Shown here: piece by piece, positions 1 through 7,532 of the stretch
How the letters are laid out: each line of letters starts with the position of its first letter
Position numbering within the stretch: the first letter of the stretch is position 1
Made by a program: the position numbers and the translations under genes
Notes under the pieces: model-generated
The model's input: only the letters and a program-made list of their open reading frames with translations
Databases searched by the model: none
What the model was told of the DNA's origin: nothing
IMG/VR virus record: IMGVR_UViG_3300028299_000003
Coordinates: 12,632 to 76,631 of that record
Strand: one strand, 5' to 3'
DNA from: a virus
DNA length: 64,000 bases

Positions 1-6
1 AAATAG

Positions 7-95
7 TAGTCCTAGAGGGATTCGAACCCCCGTTACCAAGAAAACCTTGGCGTCCTTATCCACTTTAAAGTGGAGTTCCGTTAGACGATAGGACC
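7..95 (-). ncRNA. non-canonical tRNA-Glu-like RNA with D-loop hairpin insert and 5-nt anticodon loop
   Basis: GGTCCTA/TAGGACT acceptor, TTCGAAT T-loop, Glu-like D-stem; insert TCCACT-TTAA-AGTGGA after GG; CCAAG-GTTTT-CTTGG anticodon arm. Confidence 0.75.
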
Positions 96-101
96 GTTTT
101 G

Positions 102-188
102 TAGCCCCTGTGGGACTCGAACCTCACATTCCTAGGACAATACCTAGGGTCCTGCACATCGGACGATGATCCGTTAGACGAAAGGGCC
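102..188 (-). ncRNA. non-canonical tRNA-Glu-like RNA with D-loop hairpin insert and 6-nt anticodon loop
   Basis: GGCCCTT/AGGGGCT acceptor, TTCGAGT T-loop, insert CATCG-TC-CGATG, CTAGG-TATTGT-CCTAG arm. Confidence 0.7.
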
Positions 189-288
189 ATTTTATTTTCG
201 ACTTATTTTTTTCAGTATCTCAAAGAACAAAAACAAAGGTACATTGTTTTTTTGACAAAACAAAATTTTTCTTTGTTTTTTTTTTATG

Positions 289-362
289 TCACCCGTAGGG
301 GATTCGAACCCCTGATTTCAAGGATGAAAACCTTGCGTCCTAGACCGACTAGACGAACGGGC
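289..362 (-). tRNA. tRNA-Glu(TTC)
   Basis: Cloverleaf; anticodon arm CAAGG-TTTTCAT-CCTTG. Confidence 0.92.
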
Positions 363-370
363 GTATTTTG

Positions 371-524
371 TAGTCCTAGGGGGATTCGAGCCCCCATGAC
401 CAAGAAAACCTTGGCGTCCTTATCACACAATCTGGATTTGAACCATAATTCCTCTATTCTATTATATAAGAGGGTGTTTCCTTTTGTTACACTATTTGTG
501 TGAGTTCCGTTTAGACGATAGGAC
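371..524 (-). ncRNA. tRNA-Glu-like RNA with a second degenerate tRNA (423-503) nested in its D-loop
   Basis: Outer body nearly identical to 7-95; the 81-nt insert has its own acceptor, D, anticodon and T arms. Confidence 0.7.
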
Positions 525-591
525 CTGAAATCATATATAAGATGATTTCGTATTTTTAATATTTTCAAATTTTCAATGAACGATTACAATA

Positions 592-623
592 CAAAGATAA
601 GAATTATTCTGATACTATACAAA
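592..623 (-). promoter_or_regulatory. Bacteroidota-type promoter for the Glu cluster
   Basis: TTTG (620-623), 20-nt spacer, TATCTTTG (592-599). Confidence 0.7.
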
Positions 624-649
624 TTTTTCTTGGATAAAATAAAAAAAAT

Positions 650-1545
650 GGAATGAGACTACTTCCACTTCTGACTGATACCTTCATTGTATTATCCCTT
701 TGACTCCCATCAGAGGGTTCTCAATTTGTCCACATCCACCAGGGATGTCTATCAGCGACGCTGCCGTTTTATAGTTGGTGACTCAACTTTTACCATCAAT
801 CATATTCAACTTTCCGAATACCCTCTGCTTTCGGGGCAGTTCGTGGCCGCTAGACCACTAGGTGCATCTTTCAATCAAATTCATCCGTCTTGGGAACTTC
901 AGAACTCTCGGTTCACCCGTAGGTGCTAAGAATTAAGCGACTTTCAGATTGATGTTGAGTGGGCCTTTCCATTTGATAACAAAATGCAGGAATTGAACCT
1001 ACGTTTTTTATTTAAGCGATAAATGCCTTACCACTAGGCAAATTTTGTTAGTCCACCAAGAAGTGCCCACTCAGCTGTTCTATATCCTTTTGAGATATAA
1101 AATTCAACACTTCTCATGCGTTTCGGGCTACCGACCCTACTGTGCGGTTCTTCAAGAATCCTGACCCCTCGTTCTACCAAGGAATCATTCACCTCTGGAA
1201 CTATTAGATAGCCATCACGTTGGTCTGCTTTGACAGTCTAATCACTCCTTATCCAATCAGATGTATCAATCGGCTGACGAATGGCGTTGGGTGTCACCCC
1301 ATATTAGAGAAGCTCCTTACCCATTGCCGTGACAATGGGGGCTTACCTCTCGTATTCTTCCCACAGAACCATAACCGATTTTCCACCTTAGTTCCACCGA
1401 AGTGAAACCCGCCACTGGGATGCGTTAGGATGAAGTTTGCTTGGATGAACTACCCGAAAGTAGCAGGAGATTGTGAACATTTACTCCTCTTTTACACCTT
1501 ACGATGTATTATCCTTTATCCCCCGAAGGGGAAAACTTCCCAAAC
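650..1545 (-). ncRNA. large structured RNA, GOLLD-like (ends approximate)
   Basis: ~900-nt GC-enriched stretch with no credible ORF, many hairpins (TTCG, GAAA, GTAA loops), own promoter, next to tRNAs, contains a tRNA. Confidence 0.65.
978..1048 (-). tRNA. degenerate tRNA embedded in the large RNA (anticodon position CTT, Lys)
   Basis: ACAAAAT/ATTTTGT acceptor, GCCT-AGTGGTA-AGGC D arm, TTTAT-CGCTTAA-ATAAA, GTAGG-TTCAATT-CCTGC; G instead of U33. Confidence 0.7.
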
Positions 1546-1602
1546 AAAGTTAATTTTTTTACAATAAATATAAGAACATTTTTTAATTTCAAATTCGTTT
1601 TA

Positions 1603-1633
1603 CAAAGATACGAAGATTTTTTATATCGGCAAA
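1603..1633 (-). promoter_or_regulatory. Bacteroidota-type promoter for the large RNA
   Basis: TTTG (1630-1633), 19-nt spacer, TATCTTTG (1603-1610). Confidence 0.7.
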
Positions 1634-1782
1634 ATTTATTTTTGTTTATTTTTCCCCTAGATCAATTTTATAGTTATTATCAGGTGGTCCCGTTACAATA
1701 GTAACCTTGAACATTCTACCATCAACATTTCTTTTAATCATAAGATAAACCTTTTCTATATCAATATCATTTTTTCTACCAC

Positions 1783-1824
1783 CAAAGAAAAACAACTACA
1801 TCTTTAGTGTAGTTTGATGAATTT
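1783..1824 (+). mobile_element. solo left-end hairpin of the IS200/IS605-family element
   Basis: CAAAGAAAAACAACTACATCTTTAGTGTAGTTTGATGAATTT matches the tnpB element left end at 54338. Confidence 0.8.
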
Positions 1825-1936
1825 AATATGATTTAATAAATCTAATCCGTTCATTTTTTCAAAATTTTAGAATTTAATTTCTAACTGATCATTTTCCTCA
1901 TCTTCATTTATCTCCGAATTATCAAAATCAATTTTG

Positions 1937-2024
1937 TGCTCCAGATAGGATTCGAACCTATAAGCCTCATTATGGCGGTGATTCCTGAGACCACTGTGTT
2001 TACCTTGGTTTTCACCACTGGAGC
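1937..2024 (-). tRNA. tRNA-Leu(CAG)
   Basis: GTGGT-CTCAGGA-ATCAC, long variable arm. Confidence 0.9.
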
Positions 2025-2031
2025 TAATTTT

Positions 2032-2244
2032 TTATTTCTTTCTTTCCCTTCTTTCTTTCTTTTCAATTTTTTCAACTTTCTCAACCTTCTCCTTATTTGA
2101 TTCGGATTGTTTTCTCCATTCCTTCCAATCTTTTTTATTTGAGTAAATCCAATCAAAACCCAAAAGTCTTTTGATTTCTTTATAATCATCAATAGATTTA
2201 TCACTTACTCTTTTAAATTCATCGTTTCTTTTTAGTGTTTTCAT
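2032..2244 (-). CDS. hypothetical basic protein
   Basis: ORF co-oriented with neighbours. Confidence 0.5.
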   Translation of the reverse strand: MKTLKRNDEFKRVSDKSIDDYKEIKRLLGFDWIYSNKKDWKEWRKQSESNKEKVEKVEKIEKKERRERKK

Positions 2245-2250
2245 ATTTTT

Positions 2251-2676
2251 TTAATGTTTAATTATTTTTGAAAAATTATAATATATATTATCCTCTAGAA
2301 ATTTTTTTAATTTCTTATCAATATCTTTTTCTAGTTTATTTCTTTTCTTATCTAGTTTTTTAGATTCAGACTTGTTCATAGTCTTTTTTATAATATCCAT
2401 ATCTCTAATTTCACCCGTTTCATCTTGTATTTCTTTTAATTTATTATAAAATTCATAGTATTTATTCTTTTGAAAAAATACAAAAAATACTTCCATTGAG
2501 TATCTTAATCTTCTTACCGATATTCGAATTTCATGTAGTGTATCTTCATTAGGATTTTTTAAATAATCTTCTATATTATTTTTTATAGTCTTTAATCTAA
2601 ATTTTAAAGATTTTTTAGAAAATTCATTAGAGTTTTTTTCATTGTCAATTATCCATTTTTTTAATTTATTCATCAA
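2251..2676 (-). CDS. CHAD domain protein
   Basis: LHEIRISVRRLRY and LKEIQDETGEIRDMD motifs. Confidence 0.8.
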   Translation of the reverse strand: MMNKLKKWIIDNEKNSNEFSKKSLKFRLKTIKNNIEDYLKNPNEDTLHEIRISVRRLRYSMEVFFVFFQKNKYYEFYNKLKEIQDETGEIRDMDIIKKTMNKSESKKLDKKRNKLEKDIDKKLKKFLEDNIYYNFSKIIKH

Positions 2677-2811
2677 TCCATTAGTTTAATTATATCGTTA
2701 CTTTTCTTAAAAATCATATGTATCCCAAATATTCTTATTACAAATCCCTTCATATGTTTGAATTTTCTAAAATAGAAAAACCAAAATCTACTTTTGTAAA
2801 ATTTTATGTAT

Positions 2812-3120
2812 TTAGTGTGTACTATCATATTTTTCTAAACATTCCATTTTGAACCAAGGCCATTTACCCCTTAACATTACCATATACCCATCATATAGAA
2901 TTTTTGTTTTGCGGTGACCATCCATTGTTATTTTATAGGAATGTTCTATTTTTTCAATTTTTCCTGGATTATTATTTGTAGCTGTATATTTTGACCATTT
3001 TCCACAAGAACTATCCCACCAAGAATATTCTTCATTTATCACAACTCTATCACCAATATCAAAAGGAAGTTCATCATATTCCTCCCATTCAAAATCATCA
3101 AAATTAATATTTTCAATCAT
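2812..3120 (-). CDS. hypothetical protein with acidic N-terminus
   Basis: FDDFEWEE acidic leader as in other small ORFs; FDIGDRV. Confidence 0.55.
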   Translation of the reverse strand: MIENINFDDFEWEEYDELPFDIGDRVVINEEYSWWDSSCGKWSKYTATNNNPGKIEKIEHSYKITMDGHRKTKILYDGYMVMLRGKWPWFKMECLEKYDSTH

Positions 3121-3160
3121 TTTTAAATATAATTGATAATTTAATAAATAAGAAATTTTA

Positions 3161-3376
3161 TTACCACCTTACTACTTTATAATTGTGACCCTTACTATTA
3201 ACCATCTTACCTTCTGATTCTAGAATTTTAGTTATACTTTTTATAATAGAATTACTTAGTTCAGCGGTTTCCCAGTAATAATGAAATTCACCTTTTTTCG
3301 CGGATTTCAAAATTTCTCTTTTTAATACTTTCAGTATCTCAGCTTCCTGTCTTACTCTTTCTTCTACTACAGTCAT
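3161..3376 (-). CDS. hypothetical protein
   Basis: ORF track. Confidence 0.55.
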   Translation of the reverse strand: MTVVEERVRQEAEILKVLKREILKSAKKGEFHYYWETAELSNSIIKSITKILESEGKMVNSKGHNYKVVRW

Positions 3377-3453
3377 GGCTTTTTAATTTTTTATAAATTA
3401 ATATAATTGGTTCAAAATACAATTTAATAGATTTAACTATTTCCTTTTTCATT

Positions 3454-3762
3454 CTAATTTTCATTTTCTTTTTTTCCTTTCTTACATATAGGACATACTA
3501 CAACTTGTTGTAAGGTTATGGAATCTATATCTACAATAATATAACCTTTATTATTACAATTTGCACATCTAAATTTGTTATATTTACACATAACAATATT
3601 CATTTCTTCTTTATAACTAGGAATGTGTCTATTATCACATGCTCTGTCACCAATCATACCAAATCCAAAACATTTTTTAACATCATTTTTAGATAGAGTA
3701 CACACTCTACAAATTCCATTAATTCGTTCTTCTTGGGTATGAGGTTTCATTTCATTCATCAA
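3454..3762 (-). CDS. Cys-rich zinc-finger protein
   Basis: Several CxxC pairs. Confidence 0.55.
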   Translation of the reverse strand: MMNEMKPHTQEERINGICRVCTLSKNDVKKCFGFGMIGDRACDNRHIPSYKEEMNIVMCKYNKFRCANCNNKGYIIVDIDSITLQQVVVCPICKKGKKENEN

Positions 3763-4525
3763 TATATTTTTTTAACTTTTCAAATTCATTTTCAACAAAT
3801 TCATTATTCTCTCTACCCATATCCTTTATTACATATGGAATATATCCACAGTTTTTAATTTCTTTTATTTTAATTCTATCTCTATTTTTCACTTGTTTAA
3901 TTGAATGTTTTTCTTTTATTTTTTCATAATGCCATTTTCCATTCCACAATATCGCTATTTTATAATCTTCTATTATTATATCAGCGTCCCATCCATTAAA
4001 AATTGATTCATTAGTTTTAATATTATTAAAATATTCTTTACATAATTCAGAAAAATATATTTCATTTTTACTTCTTCTATTCTGATTTAGAACTGAGGCT
4101 CTACCACCCTTTATTGCTTTATCTATATTATTTTTATTTGAATATGTTATAGAACACTTGTTAGAACAAAAAATTCTATTTTCAGTTATTCTATGCTCAA
4201 ATATTTTATTACAATATTTACAAATTGTACTTATTCTTTTAATATGATTTCTACCAATCAATGACTCACTTTTCTTTTTCTTATCATCATCATCCCAATC
4301 TCTACTATTGGCACAACTTCTAGAACAATAATATTTTTCTTTTTTAGGAAAAAGTTTTTCTCTTTCCTCTATTTCAAATTCCTTTTTACAATTATTACAA
4401 GTAACTATAAATTTTTTGAATTCACCATACTTTTTATTAACATATCCACCTTGGTGTATATTTTGACAAGAAGTATTACAATATTTATTTTTTACAGGTT
4501 TTCCACAATTTAAACATTTATTCAT
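3752..4525 (-). CDS. putative homing endonuclease (Zn fingers plus PD-(D/E)XK/Vsr-like domain)
   Basis: YCSRSC/FCSNKC repeats; WDADII..IAILWNGKWHY..RDRIK. Confidence 0.7.
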   Translation of the reverse strand: MNKCLNCGKPVKNKYCNTSCQNIHQGGYVNKKYGEFKKFIVTCNNCKKEFEIEEREKLFPKKEKYYCSRSCANSRDWDDDDKKKKSESLIGRNHIKRISTICKYCNKIFEHRITENRIFCSNKCSITYSNKNNIDKAIKGGRASVLNQNRRSKNEIYFSELCKEYFNNIKTNESIFNGWDADIIIEDYKIAILWNGKWHYEKIKEKHSIKQVKNRDRIKIKEIKNCGYIPYVIKDMGRENNEFVENEFEKLKKYIDE

Positions 4526-4593
4526 TTTATAATAGTTTTTATTTCTATATATAAAATTATAAAAACGGAAAGTTGTATTGAACCTTTTTATAT

Positions 4594-4665
4594 TGTGCGG
4601 ATGTCAGATTCGAACTGATTCTCAAGATTATGAGTCTCGTATGTTAACCATTACACCACACCGCG
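4594..4665 (-). tRNA. tRNA-Met(CAT), initiator-like
   Basis: CGAGA-CTCATAA-TCTTG; C1:A72 mismatch. Confidence 0.85.
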
Positions 4666-4760
4666 TGTTTTTTACATTAGAATTTTATTAATTTCTAATG
4701 GTATAAATTTAATTGAAAATTAATTAGTTTCCAAAATTTAATTGTTCTTTTTTACATGTG

Positions 4761-5059
4761 CGGCCCGTGTAGGATTCGAACCTACGACCAACAGATTACA
4801 CATTATCCATAATTTTCATTACGGGGTGGACTATATCATCATCTCTACTGAGATGTCGGACGCTATTAAAGGTTTATTGATTGATTTTCTCACCTTTTAG
4901 TCTCTGCACCTTCCCAAATACTCTTATAATCTTCTCTGGGCTTGGATCAGGATTGCCATATTAAAGGTTTCCCTGAGTTCATCCGATTTTCCATATGTGG
5001 TCACCCACATACGCTGCAATCTTTACAGTCTGCTGCTCTACCAGCTGAGCTAACGAGCC
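4761..5059 (-). tRNA. tRNA-Asn(GTT) split by a group I intron
   Basis: Exons 5059-5025 and 4798-4761 join to GCAGA-CTGTTAA-TCTGT. Confidence 0.88.
4799..5024 (-). ncRNA. group I intron (IC3-like), no ORF
   Basis: 5' exon ends in U, intron ends in G; P1 CTGT/GCAG; core AATCCTGATCCAAGC, GCAGAGACT, GATATAGTCC. Confidence 0.9.
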
Positions 5060-5079
5060 ATTATTTCAAAGAACAATTG

Positions 5080-5152
5080 TGACCTTGGCGAGAATCGAAC
5101 TCACATCTAAAATTCCGCAAATTTTTATTCTAATCCGTTGAACTACAAGGCC
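5080..5152 (-). tRNA. tRNA-Arg(GCG)
   Basis: AAAAT-TTGCGGA-ATTTT. Confidence 0.85.
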
Positions 5153-5162
5153 CTGTTTATTG

Positions 5163-5235
5163 TATCCACTCTAGGACTCGAACCCAGACCTAATTATTCG
5201 AAGTAACTAATGCTAATCCGTTACACCAAGTGGAC
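5163..5235 (-). tRNA. tRNA-Arg(TCG)
   Basis: AGTTA-CTTCGAA-TAATT. Confidence 0.88.
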
Positions 5236-5239
5236 ATTG

Positions 5240-5314
5240 CGGTGACGACCAGATTTGAACTGGCGATCTCCTGAGTGACAGTCAGGAATGTTAGGCCATC
5301 TACACCACGTCACC
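5240..5314 (-). tRNA. tRNA-Asp(GTC)
   Basis: CCTGA-CTGTCAC-TCAGG. Confidence 0.92.
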
Positions 5315-5710
5315 TTATTTTAACCATTTTCTTATTGCGTTATCACTTACACCATATTTTCTTCCTGTTCCTTTATATCCAAGTTCTTCAATATCTTTTA
5401 ATAGTGTTTCTTTATCAGGTCTTTCTACTTTTCTTTGTTTTAAATCTGCACATTTTTTACATCTTTTTGATTGTCTATCTTTTTTGTTGCCACATTTACA
5501 ATAATAATTTCCATTATAGAATCCATAATTATTTTTTATATTTTTTGCACCATGTGTGTCTAAAGTTACATTACAATTTGGACAAACAATTCTTAAATTT
5601 TCTAATCTATTATCATCATTTATACCATTAATATGATCCAATACAAATATTAATTTTTTCCCCATCCATTCTTCATCTTGACCACAAATTTCACATTTTT
5701 TTTCTTTCAA
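5315..5710 (-). pseudogene. HNH homing endonuclease, probably N-terminally truncated
   Basis: LDHINGINDDNRLENLRIVCPNC; paralog of 6412-7086 lacking its N-terminal part. Confidence 0.7.
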
Positions 5711-5840
5711 TCCTTCATAGAATTCTTAACAATATTAGTAAAATGATTTTCTTCATATCTATTTTGCATATTCTTTTTTATTTGTATATTAAAATCTGAA
5801 TACCAAAAACTGTCAATTAAATCAAAGAACGTCTTTTTTG

Positions 5841-5917
5841 TTGGGAAGGTGGGATTTGAACCCACATGTGACCAGTTACCGTTTCAACACTTTATAAGAG
5901 TGAGCGGATACATCCCA
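5841..5917 (-). tRNA. rewired tRNA-like RNA, anticodon TAT (Ile)
   Basis: Acceptor and T arm normal; CACT-CTTATAA-AGTG comes before a D-loop-like TAACTGGT. Confidence 0.8.
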
Positions 5918-5961
5918 GTTTTTATATTGTTAGTGTGAGTGGATACGATGAATTGAATTTG

Positions 5962-6038
5962 TCGGATTGGGTGGGGTCGAACCACCATGTAACCAATTAA
6001 CCTTTCAACTGCTTATCAGGCAGAGGGTTTACAATCCG
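5962..6038 (-). tRNA. rewired tRNA-like RNA, anticodon GAT (Ile)
   Basis: Same architecture as 5841-5917 with covarying stems; CTGC-CTGATAA-GCAG. Confidence 0.8.
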
Positions 6039-6044
6039 TTTTGT

Positions 6045-6080
6045 TAGAGAATCACTCTAACCAATTGAGCTACACACCCG
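6045..6080 (-). pseudogene. 5' half of a canonical tRNA
   Basis: GGGTGTGTAGCTCAATTGGTTAGAGTG acceptor strand plus D arm, no contiguous 3' half. Confidence 0.65.
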
Positions 6081-6084
6081 TTTG

Positions 6085-6167
6085 TGACCGAAGTGGGAAT
6101 CGAACCCACATGAGCTTAGCTCAAAGGTTTTTAAGACCTTCGCGTCTGCCAGTTCCGCCATTCAGCC
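6085..6167 (-). tRNA. tRNA-Leu(TAA)
   Basis: AAGGT-CTTAAAA-ACCTT, long variable arm. Confidence 0.92.
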
Positions 6168-6249
6168 AATTTTATTTCAATACGTCAAAGAACCATTTTA
6201 CAAATTTACAAAATTATTTCCACATTTCCAACTTTTCAACAAATTTTTG

Positions 6250-6326
6250 CGGTCCCAAAGGGATTCGAACCCTTCTGTTATTCCTCCGTGACAGGGAGGT
6301 AGCCACACCCAGCAACTCCTGAGACC
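6250..6326 (-). tRNA. tRNA-Asp(GTC), atypical D arm
   Basis: CCTCC-CTGTCAC-GGAGG; G at position 8. Confidence 0.8.
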
Positions 6327-6338
6327 AATCAATTTTTG

Positions 6339-6421
6339 TGACCAAGGTGGGACTCGAACCCACAAGTTCTGTGAACGATAGGTTCTAAACCTATTATGTT
6401 TTCCAATTTCATCACTTGGCC
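6339..6421 (-). tRNA. tRNA-Leu(TAG)
   Basis: ATAGG-TTTAGAA-CCTAT. Confidence 0.9.
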
Positions 6422-7086
6422 TTCTCGTAATTTTTTTTCCATTTTCTTATACTATTATCACTCACTCCGTATTTTCTTCCTGTTCCTCTATATCCAAATT
6501 CTTTTATTTCTTTTAATAATTTATCATAAGATGGTCTTTTTACTTTTCTTTGTTTTAATTTTGAACAATCCATACAATATTTACTATTTTCTTGTTTTTT
6601 ATTTCCACACTCACATTTCTGTTGTGGATTTTTATTTATTTTTGATTTTTGATTTAAACTCTTACAATATGTATTTGTTTGAGCGTGACAATTTGGACAA
6701 AGTATTTGAATATTATTAAATTCATTATTAAATCTATTGCCATCTATATGATGAATTTCTAATGGTGCATCTTTATTATTCCATTCGGTAAGATTACAAA
6801 TTTCACATTTTTTTTCTTTATATCCATCCATTATTAATTTTTTTCTCAGTGTGTTGCTACTTATTAATGACCCGTTAAATAAATATTTAGAAACATGTTT
6901 TCTATTATTTGATATTTTTTTACCCTTTAATCCCATATTGCCATTATATTCAATATTCATTTTTTTCAAATATCCATTTAATGTTGATTGTCTACATATA
7001 AGTTCTTTACAAATGAAAGATTTTGGTTGATTATCATTTATCCATTCTAATATCTCTTCTTTTTTTTCTAATATATCTTTTCTCAT
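6412..7086 (-). CDS. HNH homing endonuclease (likely start MRKDILE)
   Basis: LEIHHIDGNRFNNEFNNIQILCPNCH; C-terminal HTH-like GRKYGVSDNSIRKW. Confidence 0.85.
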   Translation of the reverse strand: MRKDILEKKEEILEWINDNQPKSFICKELICRQSTLNGYLKKMNIEYNGNMGLKGKKISNNRKHVSKYLFNGSLISSNTLRKKLIMDGYKEKKCEICNLTEWNNKDAPLEIHHIDGNRFNNEFNNIQILCPNCHAQTNTYCKSLNQKSKINKNPQQKCECGNKKQENSKYCMDCSKLKQRKVKRPSYDKLLKEIKEFGYRGTGRKYGVSDNSIRKWKKNYEKAK

Positions 7087-7190
7087 CTTTTTTTTTATTT
7101 TATATATTAAAAATAAAAAGTCAAAAATGGTAAACACCATAATTATTTTTATAATATGTATATTATTTTAATTATTTCAAAGAACTTATG

Positions 7191-7267
7191 TACCGATGGC
7201 TGGATTCGAACCAGCGACGTGTAGTGATTATGATTCACTTGCGATAGCCAACTCCGCCCACATCGGT
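7191..7267 (-). tRNA. tRNA with CAT anticodon (elongator Met or Ile2)
   Basis: AGTGA-ATCATAA-TCACT. Confidence 0.85.
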
Positions 7268-7274
7268 GTGTTTG

Positions 7275-7356
7275 TGGTCAAGGTGGGAATCGAACCCACA
7301 AGTTTTGAAACAATAGGTTTTGAGTCTATCGCGTTTACCAATTTCGCCACTTGACC
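7275..7356 (-). tRNA. tRNA-Leu(CAA)
   Basis: ATAGA-CTCAAAA-CCTAT. Confidence 0.9.
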
Positions 7357-7359
7357 GTG

Positions 7360-7441
7360 TGACTGAGGAGGGAATCGAACCCACAAGGATTTCTCCAATA
7401 GTTCCTTAAACTATCGCGTCTGCCTGTTTCGCCACTCAGCC
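7360..7441 (-). tRNA. tRNA-Leu(AAG)
   Basis: ATAGT-TTAAGGA-ACTAT, long variable arm. Confidence 0.88.
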
Positions 7442-7450
7442 GAATTTTTG

Positions 7451-7532
7451 TGAGAGGGGTAGGATTCGAACCTACAAGTCCCGAAGGAAACGGGGTTACA
7501 GCCCGCCGAGCCACCAGCTGCTCAACCCTCCC
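7451..7532 (-). tRNA. tRNA-Tyr(GTA)
   Basis: GCGGG-CTGTAAC-CCCGT, long variable arm. Confidence 0.9.

Noticed and set aside
650-1545. rRNA, tmRNA, RNase P RNA or group II intron
   Set aside because: No recognisable rRNA signatures, tmRNA ends or tag, RNase P P4 motif, or domain V. It is also too long for tmRNA.
252-1701. ORF-track ORFs over the tRNA-Glu cluster and large RNA
   Set aside because: They overlap structured RNA genes and have no protein-like composition.
5025-5059. tRNA-Tyr(GTA) read from the unspliced 5' exon
   Set aside because: Splicing at U/omega-G gives GTT, and the short variable loop and G73 fit Asn.
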